This document shows, piece by piece, positions 27,301 to 39,223 of a stretch of 64,000 nucleotides of DNA. Numbering within the stretch: position 1 is the first letter of the stretch; each line of letters begins with the position of its first letter. The translations under genes and the position numbers were made by a program. Source of the stretch: Antedon mediterranea (lineage: Eukaryota > Animalia > Echinodermata); the NCBI RefSeq assembly GCF_964355755.1, contig NC_092670.1:20694795-20758794 (forward strand), read 5' to 3'. The notes beneath the pieces were generated by a model. It searched no databases. It had not been told where the DNA came from and worked only from the letters and a program-made list of their open reading frames with translations.

Positions 27301-30300
27301 AACCTATAATTATATGGTAAAATCAGCAAATAGTACTGTACTGCTTTTGGTCTGCAAATTGTACCTAGAATACTAATAGGGAAACAGTAAACGGGGGGAA
27401 GATACACAACTAGTTTCTAATGTGAATTACTGTAGCGGTATACTTGCAAATGAAATCTCCTTCCGATTCCAACTTCATCCATATGGATGTATTGTAAAAT
27501 GGTGAATAAATTCCACGCTGATGCCCCACGACTATTTTACGTAGGAAGAAAAATCATTCCCCAGAGTGAATAAAATGCGTAGTTGAACAGCCGTTGACAT
27601 TGGCTTATTGTTGGATTATTTTTAAAACATACTTTAATAGTGCTGTTCTTTATTATATATATACCGATTGTTATTACTGTGATGGCTTAGCTATGGTGGC
27701 CTTAAAAGTAATAATCGGTTACGCGACATTAAGTATTCCAAGGTAGGTTCTACCGGAAAGAAGGTTGTTGAAATGAGTGGTTTTTATAATTACCTTTTAT
27801 TTAGCCAAGGTTAAATATTTAGATAAATTGAGCAATTTAAAATCTTTTATCGGTGAATTTGTATAATTATCTGTTAATCTGTCGACATTAATTTTCTAGT
27901 TTGTATTTCAAATAATTAAACAGTCACCGCTCATTTTTATTTTGACAAAATGAAACGTAAACATTAATCAAGTGTTACTTTTGACTGTCATGATATCTCC
28001 GACAACAGACAATGCCTTTATTGTCATTATCATCATCATCATTACAATAAATTGGCTTTGTTATATACTTAATAAACACATTTGAACTTAATTTAAATTC
28101 TAACTTAATAAATAGGGGTTAATATATACTGGTAATAGGATATTATCTTTCCATCGGACTAATTTTTGTGGAGAATGTTCTTTTGTGTTCAATTCAATAG
28201 TAATAAGGTGCAACAGACAATTTTAAAAATTAAATCTAAACGATACTTTAGGCCTCTCTCCCTGTCCCTCTCTCCTGCGCCATTTCCCCTATGCCATTTC
28301 CCCTATTTTAAAATCCTATCTTGTATTCGCTACTGAATAATTTTACTTCTTTAATGTTATATAATTTTATGTATCATCAAGTACTGACTTTAGGACTTAG
28401 TAGTTGCACATAAAGGGTCACGGTTTATCAGCACCTACCCGTGCATCTGAAGCAATAGCTTTACATGCTAACACTTGTCACACACTGCGATGCATATAAT
28501 GGATTCAGGCTTATAGAGGAAACCTTAACGGCACATCGAACGCTTCCCAATCGACAGCTCAACCTACATATTTCTATCATAAATTTCAGCATGGATTTAT
28601 GAATAATAACTCATAATTGGTGCGGTACTTATACTCGCTGATAATGTACGACACGTTGATCCAGTGTATTACTCCTGAATGACTACGTAGATTAAAAATT
28701 AAAATCATGTTAAAAAATATCGCGTTTCTTTTTATGCAATTTCTGATTTTCATCGCTTCTTTCATTCCCTTGATACCGTAGATTAAATTGTTTGCTCGTA
28801 AAATGATTTTAGAATATTCACTTCATTCATAATTTTTTTTTATTATATTATAAAATATATTATATACAAATGGCAATAGAACATAATATTTTTTTTTTTT
28901 TAAATATACAGTAAGGAATATTTCTGTGTTACAGAATATAAAATTGAAACTTTTCTATGCACAGTATTTTGAATCAAATGAGTTTAACTTAAATTAGATT
29001 TAACTTATCTTTTGCCATCTGAGGAATTAATTAGTATTTTGACCCTACAATAATGAATCTTTTGTTTTTTTTCTACAGGCAAGGAGACAGCAACACACAA
29101 ACAAAGCTTAACAAGGGAAGGAAGCAGTTCAACATGGACCCACAAAAGGTAAACCAAATGGCTACCACACTTTTAAACAAACATTCTATAGATATAAAAT
29201 AATATTTACACAATTTAATTATTGTATAAACTATTTAATTAGACATGCTCTCTATCATTTTCAACAAACAAGGTGATAAAAAGGAACACAGTGTGTACAG
29301 ATTACAAATAATGATACATGGTTATCATAATAATGCATTATATTTTGGTATCAATTCCTTTCTTATTGTTGCTTTGTTCTCCTTGGTGTATTGCTTCCTG
29401 ATTCAACTGAAAGTTTATCCTGCACATAGGTCTCGCTTTCTTATTTTGCTTTGAAAGAATCTCCTATTTTTATTACAATCATAAGTGTTGGTCAGTAGTT
29501 TAAATAACAACCTGAAACCACTTTTAATAGTTTGTCACAATGAAAGTCCTACAAAATGATTGGTTGGTTTTGTATTATAATTTGCTGTGCATTATTTTGT
29601 TCCATTTTCCCGATAGATGGTACTATTGCACACCCAACTTTTGTTCAAATTTTGAGTTTTTAATTATCTAGATTCACTCGTGTTAAATAGAACAGTCAGT
29701 CTCATGAAAATATTCTCCCTATTGAACTTTCATTTTTGGGTGGGTTTTGTATCATTTGCCATGCATTATTTTGTTCCATTTTCCGATAGATGGTACTATT
29801 GCACACTTAAGTTTTGTAATCATTTGGAGTTTTTAATTAAATAGGCTCACTTGTGTTAAATAGAACAGTCAGTCTCATGTAAATATTCTCTCTATTGAAT
29901 TTCTATTTTTTTTGCATACTAACTTCAGTATGGCAGTGTTTGATTCTACAGATTTTGTTTTCATTCATTCCAAAATTTTGTTGATAAACTGGTTTGTATA
30001 ATATATAACTACTATAATTTAACAAGATTGTTTTTGTTTTTTTATAGGGAATTGATTTTCTTATTGCTGAGGGCCTCTTGAAGCACACCCCGGAAGAAGT
30101 GGCAGGGTTCTTACACAAAGGAGAGGGACTTAACAAGACTGCCATTGGAGACTATCTAGGTGGAAGGTAAGATAAGAAATATTGTACATTATAGTTGATG
30201 GTAACAAAATATGAAAGAAAATATGATTTATTTTGACACTTACTGTATTGAACTCCAAAAAAACAATTTGTACTGTACATTTACATTATATCAAGGACGG

Positions 30301-33300
30301 TAAGATAAGAAATATTATACATGCTTATTTGCTTTATCAGTTTTCAGCTGACGATAAAAATCATGATTTATTCGGACATTTGAACTCGAAAACAATTTCT
30401 ATATTGTACTGATACCATCATCAAATTTAACCATAAAGTTAAATTTTTGAATTTTGACAAAATTTACTGCTACCCGTTTGACCTGATTTCATTTCAACCC
30501 TAGGCAGCAGATTAGTAAAATGAAAGTGCAATGCCAATGATAAGGACACTTCACCCCTCACAGTTAATGTGTAATAGTAGTTAACATGTTTCTGAAGTTT
30601 TTATTCCAAACATGTGTTTACTGTATGTAGGGTAATTTTAATATATTGCCTTGTTGAGTAGTGAAGAGTTTTCAGTGTATTTTATGTCTACATTTACGAT
30701 TGTTTTCGAGTAAAAATGTGGTTGGTTTAAAATTTCCGACAACCATCTGTAACAGCTTTTGTAAGGTAGAGGGTGCTATTCTTGCGGCTTCTAAGTGTGG
30801 GAGTGAGTTTCCTGAAACATTTAAGAAGTTAACAGTTTAGGATAGTTGGTTTAACATTTCAACTATCTTGGTAATGGTAGCATCTTTTGGAGAGAAAGTT
30901 ATTCAAAATTGTTTTCTTTTTTGTGCATTTTCTGCTTTGTGACAATTTGCTTCTTTTGTATAATTATTATACCATGAAAATAGATGTACAGATACAAGTG
31001 ATATACTGCCATTGACAACATATAAAACCTGACCTCTATCTTCTAAAAAATTAGAAGTAAACTAGGTTGTCTTTCTCTATGACTAGACTTTCATTTCCAG
31101 AGGTAATTATTAACAGTAGACATGGGTAATTTTATCTGGATAGATGAGTCTACAATGTGTTCTACCTGTAATGAAAAGTAGAACAACAATATGAACTTTC
31201 TAAAAGTTTAACGTAATTATGAAATATTTAAACTGCAACAAGATTCATGGAAAATGAATGTTAGATGTTATATTGGATAACAACAGTTTTTGTATGATTT
31301 GCATTTTGTTGTAAATTTGACCATTAAAACCATACTGTATGCGTGGTTGTCGTAACAGCTTCACTGCTATGTCATTAAGTATATTGCGATAATATCTTTT
31401 ACAAATAAATTAAAAAGAGTGTTCTATGTGTAGTGCTTCTGTATTTTAATTGTATGTACAACCATTAATATTTTGTCTGATGGAACTTTGGTTAAACTTT
31501 TCTGATTCAATTATTAGCCTTTTCCAAGTACCATTTGTTTATGGAAATTTTGAATGCAGAACTGAAAAATACAAATTCATGTTACAAAAAGCTACATTAA
31601 ATACTTACAACTTAATTACAATTATTAATCCATTTTCAGAGATGAATTCAACATTAAAGTTCTGGAAGCGTTTGTTAGTCTACACCAGTTCAACGACATG
31701 ATATTGGTACAGGCTTTACGGTAAGGTTTTATATTTTATTAGAACTTCAATTTTTGTTAAAAGGGGCAAGCTATTTGTGTAGGATATAGAAATTTAAAAG
31801 ACTTAAAAGCAGATCGATGACCTATAAACATTAAGTATGTTTAATTTGTATAGTTTAATTATTATCACACAAGGAAATTAATGTATTGAGAATATTTTAT
31901 CCAATAAGCTTTCCAAGAATGGTTTCAAATTGATATCGTAATGTGTAATGTCTTGCAGATCTGTAACTAGATATATTCATTTTATTTCCTATTAACAATA
32001 AAGTCCTCATCTTTAATTGCAATTTACAGAAACAAATACATATTGAGTTGATATCTTGAGTTGTGTACAGTACATTAGCTATACTTATGTAACAGGAACG
32101 TTACTATACCTCTCTAGAATAGTAATTTAGTAGACTTGTGGCTTGTCAATCATTTAGATGGCAATGTAACTGAGTTCTCGGACACTATGCGCGCTTGAAC
32201 ACTACTACTAATACTAGTGCTAATGTTATTGTTGGTAGATGCAGGAAAGAGAAATAAAATGATATTTATAGATATTAACATCAACATGGATACTTCAATT
32301 ATTGATATGCAAAGAAATTATATATGCACGGATATGAATACATAATGATTTTTCACAAGGTCATCCCAGTCGTTGAACTCAAAACTATGACATCATCATA
32401 ATAGTAGCCAATAGGCATAACAAATTGTAACACTATTCTTAATAGCTTTGTGTTGATGATAAACCGCGTCCCAAAAGGCTCACAGAATCGCATAATTTCC
32501 CCATAGCGGTATTACTTTATACCGAACAGTAGTTGTTGGAAAACTTTGATCTTGCGGCAGTATGATGAGTAAGAATACATCTGAAAGATGTTGTGAAATG
32601 TTTTACTAATTGCGCTAGAATGCCACTGTGACTCATCAAGCCTAATGAACTGCCTTTCACCCCCGTATTTAAAATATACTTATTGAATATAAATTTGATT
32701 TGATGTGTGAGGTGTCAACGCCCACTTTGTGATGTCAAATGTTGTCACTGCATCAGTTTGATAGACGCTATTAATAGAAATGTTGTAATATAACGATGAC
32801 GACATAAAAAAATAATTTCTAATTAAATGTGTCAAAATTATTACCTTTGCATTTTAATAGATATTATTAATTATATAAATTGACATTGAGCTGTCAACAA
32901 TTATAACAAATATCTTGTAAAATTACCTTATTTACATTTTTAAAGTAATATTTGTCACTTTTTATTTTACAGAGAATTTTTATGGAGTTTTCGTCTGCCT
33001 GGAGAGGCGCAGAAAATTGATCGTATGATGGAATGTTTCGCCAAAGGTTATTGCGAATCCAACAAGGGTGTGTTTGAGTCGACAGGTAAGGGGGTAAAAT
33101 GAATTACTTTGTAGGCGCTTTCAAGGTTTTATTAGGAGTGTTGTTAAGTAGCTTAGGGGAAACCTCTGTTTGAACTGTAAGGTGAAGGAGAGTTTAATAC
33201 ATTAAAACTATTTAAAAAAATTAAAATTGATTAAAAGTGATGATAGGATAGATGAACAAAGGATTTTGCATATTCTCTAATAAATTAAATGTATTTTGAA

Positions 33301-36300
33301 TTTCATACATTTATTATTTTATTTTTGACTTGTTTCTTATGGTTTAATTGAAACTACAATATAACCCCTCCTTTGGGACACCCCATCGCCATCATAGGCC
33401 TCTATTAAGAGGACACATTTTCATGTAAAATGAAAGAGGGGAAATATGTTTCAACACTATGACCAATTCTAAAGATCTGTCTACACTAAAATTTGTGACA
33501 CAAAAATGTGATGTGCCCGTATATGGATATGATATATGTCATATCACTACCATATTTGGGCATATCACTACCATATTTTGGCATATCACTACCATATTTG
33601 GGCATATCACTATCACCATAAAGGTTCTACTGTATTAAAAAAATTATTTGTATTTTTATATTACTGTATTTGTTTTTAGACACTTGCTATGTACTGTCGT
33701 TTTCGATCATTATGCTCAACACAAGCCTTCATAACCAATGCGTGAAGGACAAACCATCGCTTGACCGTTTCATTTCAATGAATCGAGGGATAAATGACGG
33801 AAAAGATTTACCGCACGCATTGTTGAGCGTAAGTAATTTCAGCGGACAACACTTATATTGCGGACAAAACCAAATTAGACTTTAAAATATCAAGGACCTT
33901 AATATAGCATACATAACATTAGTGGATTATGCATTTGGTCAAGTAGAACATTACTTTAGCTGAACAGCAGACAACATGACCAAATGCTATACTTAAGCAA
34001 ATTTATCATTTTAGCCAATAAATTATATTACCTGTCTACGTAACATATGAAAAGAAATTGTATTTATCTATAATACAATAACATTATTATTTTACATAAT
34101 AAGTCATTATCTTTTTACACAGTCTGTATAGTGTATAAAGAATGAAATTCAAACATCAATATTTTAAATTTAATTTTAATACAATGCAATATTATATCTA
34201 GTATAATGGGTCTCTATTTAGTTGTCTTAAATTTATTGTGAGAATAATTTATTGTATCGCAAAAAAATGAAATATTATATTAAACAATGTGTGAATATTT
34301 TTAACTGTCTGAGTCTGAAGAAAAAAAAAAGAGTCTGTATGAAGAAAGAATGTTCAAAAGTTAATATTTTTAATTTTCATACAATAAAACAATATCTGTA
34401 AGGGCATCTGTTTAGCTGTCTTTAATATCATGTGAGAATAATATATTGTATTTTTTTAACAGAGCCTGTATGAGAGCATAAAGAAGGAACCATTCAAAAT
34501 TCCAGAAGATGATGGTAACGACCTCACTCACACGTTCTTTAATCCAGACAGAGAAGGATGGTTAATGAAGCAAGGTGCGTATTATACAATAATACTGTCA
34601 TTAGTAAAATGTCAATCTTTTTTTATACTGGCAAACTTTAGATTGCAAAACCTCCTTGACAATTAGTTTGCAAAACCTCCTTGACAATTAGTTTGCAAAC
34701 TTGAAGTTTGCAAACATAAGTTAGATCAAGTTTGCTAGTGTGAACTAGACTTTGTGTTAAAGATAGATAGATTGAAGAAGTATTTTAAAAAACTTTATCA
34801 AAAACAAAATGTTATTTTATATATTATATGGTTTGAGCTTGAACGTTATTTAATTTTAAGAAAAACATGTTTTAAACTATAAAATACAACTTTTTTATTG
34901 ATGGAATATGTTTAAAAGCAAAAGCAGCTGTAATTTATTGCATGAAATTAATTTGATTTTATTGTAAAACATAATATTATTGCATGATCACAAATAACAG
35001 GGCTCCAGCACAAACACAAAATGCTTGAAATGAATAACATATTATATAATATAATAGTTTGCTGTGATTTCATTAAATAACTTAAATACTATACTAAAGA
35101 TGTTTTTTTTTTATATTTTGCCTTGCTAATTTGCCTGATGATTTTAAACATGTGTGTAACTTGCACATGTACATTTTACTTATTTATACCGATGATTGCA
35201 TACGAAGGAGGTTAGTTTCAGCAATTTGCATGTGTTGCGTTGTTTGTTAACTTTTAACTTCTTCCCACCCATTGTTCAGTTATATTCAATGAATATTCAT
35301 TTGGATTATTTACATAGTAATTTTGTTTAACTTCAAAGGCACTAGTTGTTAAAGTATTTGCTTCTTGGCTTTTATTTTTGCTACTAATTCTTCCTATTCA
35401 TTGGTTAGTACCTAATGAATATTAATTTTCTTCAACAGCATTTTGCAACTTCTTGGCTTTGCAACTTCTTCACATCCATTGTCCAGACATAACTAATGAA
35501 TATTAATTAATTATTCTTTAACTACAGCAACACTACAGCTTCTTTGCTTTGCAACTTCTTCATATCCATTGTCCAGACATAACTACTGAATATTAATTAA
35601 CTTTCTTTAGCTACAGCAGCACTTCAGTTTCTTGGTTTTTCAACTTTTTCCCACCTCTTTATATTTTTACACAAATAATCCTAATTTAATATTCAATTTT
35701 TAATTTAATTTTATAACATGCAGCTTTTACAGTTTCTTGTCCATGTTAATAGAAACACTGAATTTAGGCTATTTTTATTTTTCAGTTTTGCTTGCGCTTT
35801 AGTTTTGAAATCTCTTTGCTTAGTTTTTTTAGAATGTTTTTTAAGCTTATGTGTTTAATTGTTTTTTGCCAGTGTAGCATTAGTAATGCTATAAACTTAC
35901 TTATAGTGCAGTGTTCCATTTTGAAGCCTGTACAGTTTTCGCTCCCAGTGGCTAATCTCATCAGGTTGGGTGGGTGGGTTTAGATGGTCAATAAAGGATG
36001 GCCTGAGCAGGATACTAATGGTCATTTGCCAGCCTTCAATTTGTATACCCTTGTTGAGGGCTTCTAAATAAGAGTGTATGCCCCAAAGAGAAGGTTCTAC
36101 ACTATTTACAAAATGTTGTTAAGGTGTTGAACATTTAAGTTTCTTTTTTTAGTTTGATTTAACTTTGTTTTCTTCTTCAAATTCATTCCCTTTAACTGGA
36201 ATTTAAGGTCTATTTTATAATATATTTTATAGTTTTGTTTTCTTTATTTAACTTTGTTTTTCCTTCAATTCCCCTCAACTGGAGTTAAGCTTTATAATCT

Positions 36301-39223
36301 AATTATTTGATTTATAGTTTTGTTTTCTTTTAATATTTATTTTCTTGTTGAGTTTTGTTCATTTTCTTTTGATATATTTTGAAATATTATATTTTGAATT
36401 ATGAAGTGTTATATTTGGTTAACACATTATTTCACATCGTAACAAAATATGCACAATAATAATGTATATTTTATTGTATCGTTGATAACCGTGGAAAAAC
36501 ATTTGAAATATAAATCAAATTAATGTTTACATTTTCTAAGTATTCTAAAACAGTATAACTAATAAGTAATAACATTGTCACATTGTGGTACAATAATTTA
36601 AATCAACATTTGTATTCATACTAAACAGACCAACTGTAATATTTTACTGAATTTGTAGAAATTATTACTCTACTGTACTGTAGTATCATTGTTTACAACA
36701 CCATGTAGTGTTACAGTCATACAGTATGAATGTACTGTATGTGACTATGATACATTTATAACATTTCAAATGTCCCTTTCTCAAATGCGAATTGTCCCTT
36801 TCTCAATCTGAAATGTGCCTCTCTCAATTTTAAATTGTACCTTTATAAATTGTTCCTTTCTCAAATGTGAAATGTCCCTCTCTCAATTTTAAATTGTCCC
36901 TTTATAAATTGTCCCTTTCTCAAATGTGAAATGTCCCTTTCTCAAGAGTCAAATGTGAAATGTCCCTTTCTCAAATGTGACAATGACAATTCATTGTAGA
37001 TTTAATATACATTTTAAGTTACACAGCTATAAATATATATTTATATATTTATATGAGTAGTATCTAAATTACATAGAGATTTGAACCCAGTTCCTAACTG
37101 TACATGTTTTTGTGTATTCAGGTGGACGTGTCCGTAGTTGGAAGAGAAGATGGTTCATTCTCACTGATAACTGCCTCTACTATTTTGAGTACACCCAAGA
37201 TAAAGAACCCAGAGGTATCATACCCCTGGAAAATTTAGACGTAAGAGAAGTCGAAGATAAAGGAAAACCAGTAAGTGTAAATTCGACATATAAATTTGAT
37301 AACAGGAATTCTTTTAATTCTCAATAAAAGTACTAGATCTGATTTTTTTTTTTTAGTTTAGAACATTGAACAAAATGGTTGTTGGAGACCAAAGTCTAGT
37401 CTCATATGAGACGCGTGTATTTATTGCATGTTGTGCACATATATGGTAATTTTAATTTTGTCTTTGCAGCATTCGTTTGAACTATTTGCGGCAGATGGTC
37501 GTGATGTTATCAAGGCCTGTAAAACAGACACAGATGGACGGGTTGTTGAAGGTAAGGTGGCCCGATTCATAACAATATATTCTTTATATTATCCAGCTTA
37601 TCGTAAAAAACATTCATAAATTGTTTTGTGGCCCGATTTATAACAATATATTCCAGTATTATCCAGCTTATCGTAAAAAACATTCATAATTGTGTTGTGG
37701 CCCGATTTATAACAATATATTATATTACCCAGCTTATCGTCAAAAACATTCATAAATTCTGTATTTGCCCGATTTATAACAATACATTCCAGTATTATCC
37801 AGCTTATCGTAAAAAAACATTCATAATTGTGTTGATATTTGGCACCTTCGCTATCAGTATTTAAAGGAAGCTGCCCACAAAAGGAAATGGCCCTACGAAC
37901 CCATGGTAATCAAATTGTTTTTGAAATTTATTTGTAGGTCGACATCAAATTTATCGAATGTCTGCAGGGACAGCTGAAGATAAACTTGACTGGATCAAAG
38001 CTATTAAGTGAGTTTTTCTTTCCTTTTTTTCAAAGTAAAACAAACTGTCTTTATCCCTTCCATCAGAAATATCTACACATATCAGATGATTAAAAACCCA
38101 TTTATATTATTGTCACGAGGCCATCTGTCTACCTATTACACAAATTAAAAAGGTCGAACTGATCATAATTTTGTAATTTGATCGTAAAATATAAAAAATA
38201 TGGGTTGAAATGTATCTGCTCATGTCAATTGATAACTGTATTGTATTTCATTGGTAACACTAACCATGAACCTACCCGTATCGAAATGTACTAAACCATT
38301 TCAAGTTTTCTATCTGTTAAGACATGTAATCAAGTATTTTTATCGCCACATCTTAATCAGGTATCTTAGTGATGCCTCAGCCGATACTTAACGTCGGCAC
38401 GAACACGTTCTGCTCGTGTTTAATGCTTCTTGTTCGTCTTCAACCCCTATTTCAATTAGGATCTTATCTACTTGATAACGTTCGCAGCCTGTAAGTGGCT
38501 ATCAAATCCCGGTTGATCATTACTGTCCATCCGCAAGATCAACTACGATATTTGATCAAATGTCGGGATAAATATTGATACGTTTTAATAATTGATTTAG
38601 AGATTTTCGCTCTTTCGGTCAGCCATTAACAGATAAAATAGCAACATAACTAATGGAATGTTGCTCTGGGGTGAACAAACCATTTAACAAACATCCCATA
38701 AAATCATCCTATCATAGTATAGTATATTAATGTATTCAGATTCTAGTTTGCTTACATGTGTAATATTCAAATCATGTTGAGTTACATTTGTGTGTAAAGC
38801 GCTGTCTACACTATCAAACTACTTTGACAAAAAAAGTGTGATGTGCCTATATATGGTAGTGATATACCCAAATATGGTAGTAATATGACATCATCATGTC
38901 CATATATGGGCACATCACATTTTTGTTCACATAAAGTTTGATAATGTAGACAAAGCTTTACACTACAGTCATATTCTTGTTTATACAAGTTTAAAGTAAT
39001 TGCAAGTGGGCAAGATTGGCTGTATCATTTCCTTTCTATGCTAAAAGTAATTGTAATGGCCTTGCCGTTGGTGCAATTTCTTGAATTTAATTTGACACAT
39101 CTTATCTGTTTTGAAAATAGTCTCAAACTAATAATGTTCTTGTATATTTTCAGGGCAAGTATTAGCAGAGATCCATTCTATGACATGTTATGTGCTAGGA
39201 AGAAGAAAGCATCTAAGCAATAG
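15351..39223 (+). CDS. CYTH1: Cytohesin (ARNO/GRP1/steppke family Arf guanine-nucleotide exchange factor), about 450 aa, 13 coding exons
   Basis: Exons 15351-15549, 23017-23090, 26031-26095, 29079-29148, 30048-30166, 31640-31720, 32973-33085, 33680-33828, 34463-34574, 37122-37270, 37470-37551, 37938-38007, 39154-39223. All introns GT-AG and in phase; 1353 nt including stop. Coiled coil [25 protein letters not shown]; Sec7 [29 protein letters not shown] (glutamic finger), [10 protein letters not shown]; PH domain [37 protein letters not shown]; C-terminal [16 protein letters not shown]. The first exon is less certain than the rest. The symbol denotes the CYTH1-4 family, not one-to-one orthology. 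Confidence 0.96.
15751..15948. repeat. Minisatellite, about 10 copies of an 18-21 bp unit
   Basis: GGATGAAGTCTCCACTG(CCG)G/T in tandem; explains the repetitive ORFs at 15690-16064. Confidence 0.95.
17953..18596. mobile_element. Tc1/mariner-superfamily MITE (644 bp)
   Basis: Perfect 27-bp TIRs CCGTATATTTCGGTGTATAAGTCGCAC / GTGCGACTTATACACCGAAATATACGG, with TA on both sides. Internal TGTATAAGACGCACC repeats. Confidence 0.9.
23230..23392 (-). mobile_element. Degenerate tRNA-derived SINE head
   Basis: Minus strand reads GTGGCTTGGTGGG (A-box-like) ... GGTCCTGAGTTTAAGTCCC (B-box-like). Boundaries approximate. Confidence 0.4.
23468..23595. mobile_element. MITE family A, copy 1 (Tourist/Harbinger-like)
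   Basis: TIRs AGCTCTGTCTACACTATCAAACT / AGTTTGATAGTGTAAACAGAGCT, flanked by TAA and TTA. Confidence 0.85.
25041..25190 (+). CDS. Candidate alternative first coding exon of cytohesin (50 aa)
   Basis: CAAAATG start, 50 open codons, donor GG|GTAAGG in phase 0 matching the phase-0 acceptor of exon 26031. Confidence 0.55.
26570..26885. mobile_element. Non-autonomous element with a long hairpin, possibly Crypton-type
   Basis: Near-perfect palindrome at 26722-26883 centred on CTCGGCTTTGCCTCG, preceded by a TGATTGG-containing arm. The family assignment is from recollection of similar marine-invertebrate repeats. Confidence 0.55.
27693..27742 (+). CDS. Candidate alternative first coding exon of cytohesin ([17 protein letters not shown])
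   Basis: ATGG start, 16 codons plus AG, donor AAG|GTAGGT in phase 2 matching the phase-2 acceptor of exon 29079. Confidence 0.5.
29565..29902. repeat. Tandem direct duplication, two copies of about 172 bp
   Basis: GCATTATTTTGTTCCATTTTCC...GATAGATGGTACTATTGCACAC...GTGTTAAATAGAACAGTCAGTCTCATG occurs twice. Confidence 0.85.
33473..33620. mobile_element. MITE family A, copy 2 (right end truncated, internal 21-bp repeats)
   Basis: TCTGTCTACACT start, followed by about four copies of GGCATATCACTACCATATTT. Confidence 0.75.
35208..35210 (+). CDS. 3-nt GAG microexon of cytohesin (adds a third glycine to the PH-domain loop)
   Basis: tacgaAG|GAG|GTTAGT lies inside the phase-1 intron that splits the first Gly of QGGR. 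AG-free zone 35100-35205, TGCTAAT at 35124, TGC at 35197, TGCATG at 35227. Confidence 0.8.
35440..35650. repeat. Tandem repeat, about 3 copies of about 92 bp
   Basis: GCTTTGCAACTTCTTCA(C/T)ATCCATTGTCCAGACATAACTA repeated, with degenerate copies on either side. Confidence 0.7.
36767..36982. repeat. Minisatellite, unit about 20 bp
   Basis: AAATGTCCCTTTCTCAAATGTG-like unit, about 10 degenerate copies. Confidence 0.85.
37557..37835. repeat. Tandem repeat, 4 copies of about 69 bp, starting directly after a splice donor
   Basis: GTGGCCCGATTTATAACAATAT...CCAGCTTATCGTAAAAAACATTCATAA occurs four times. Confidence 0.9.
38798..38957. mobile_element. MITE family A, copy 3
   Basis: AGCGCTGTCTACACTATCAAACT ... 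AGTTTGATAATGTAGACAAAGCT, flanked by TAA and TTA. Confidence 0.85.

Noticed and set aside
37557-37864. Repeat-containing ORFs extending a cytohesin exon
   Set aside because: Readthrough into a 69-bp intronic tandem repeat; the true donor is after 37551.
38100-38700. CpG-richer intronic block that looks like decayed coding or transposon sequence
   Set aside because: The frames I examined are interrupted by stops; no motif or termini could be recognised.
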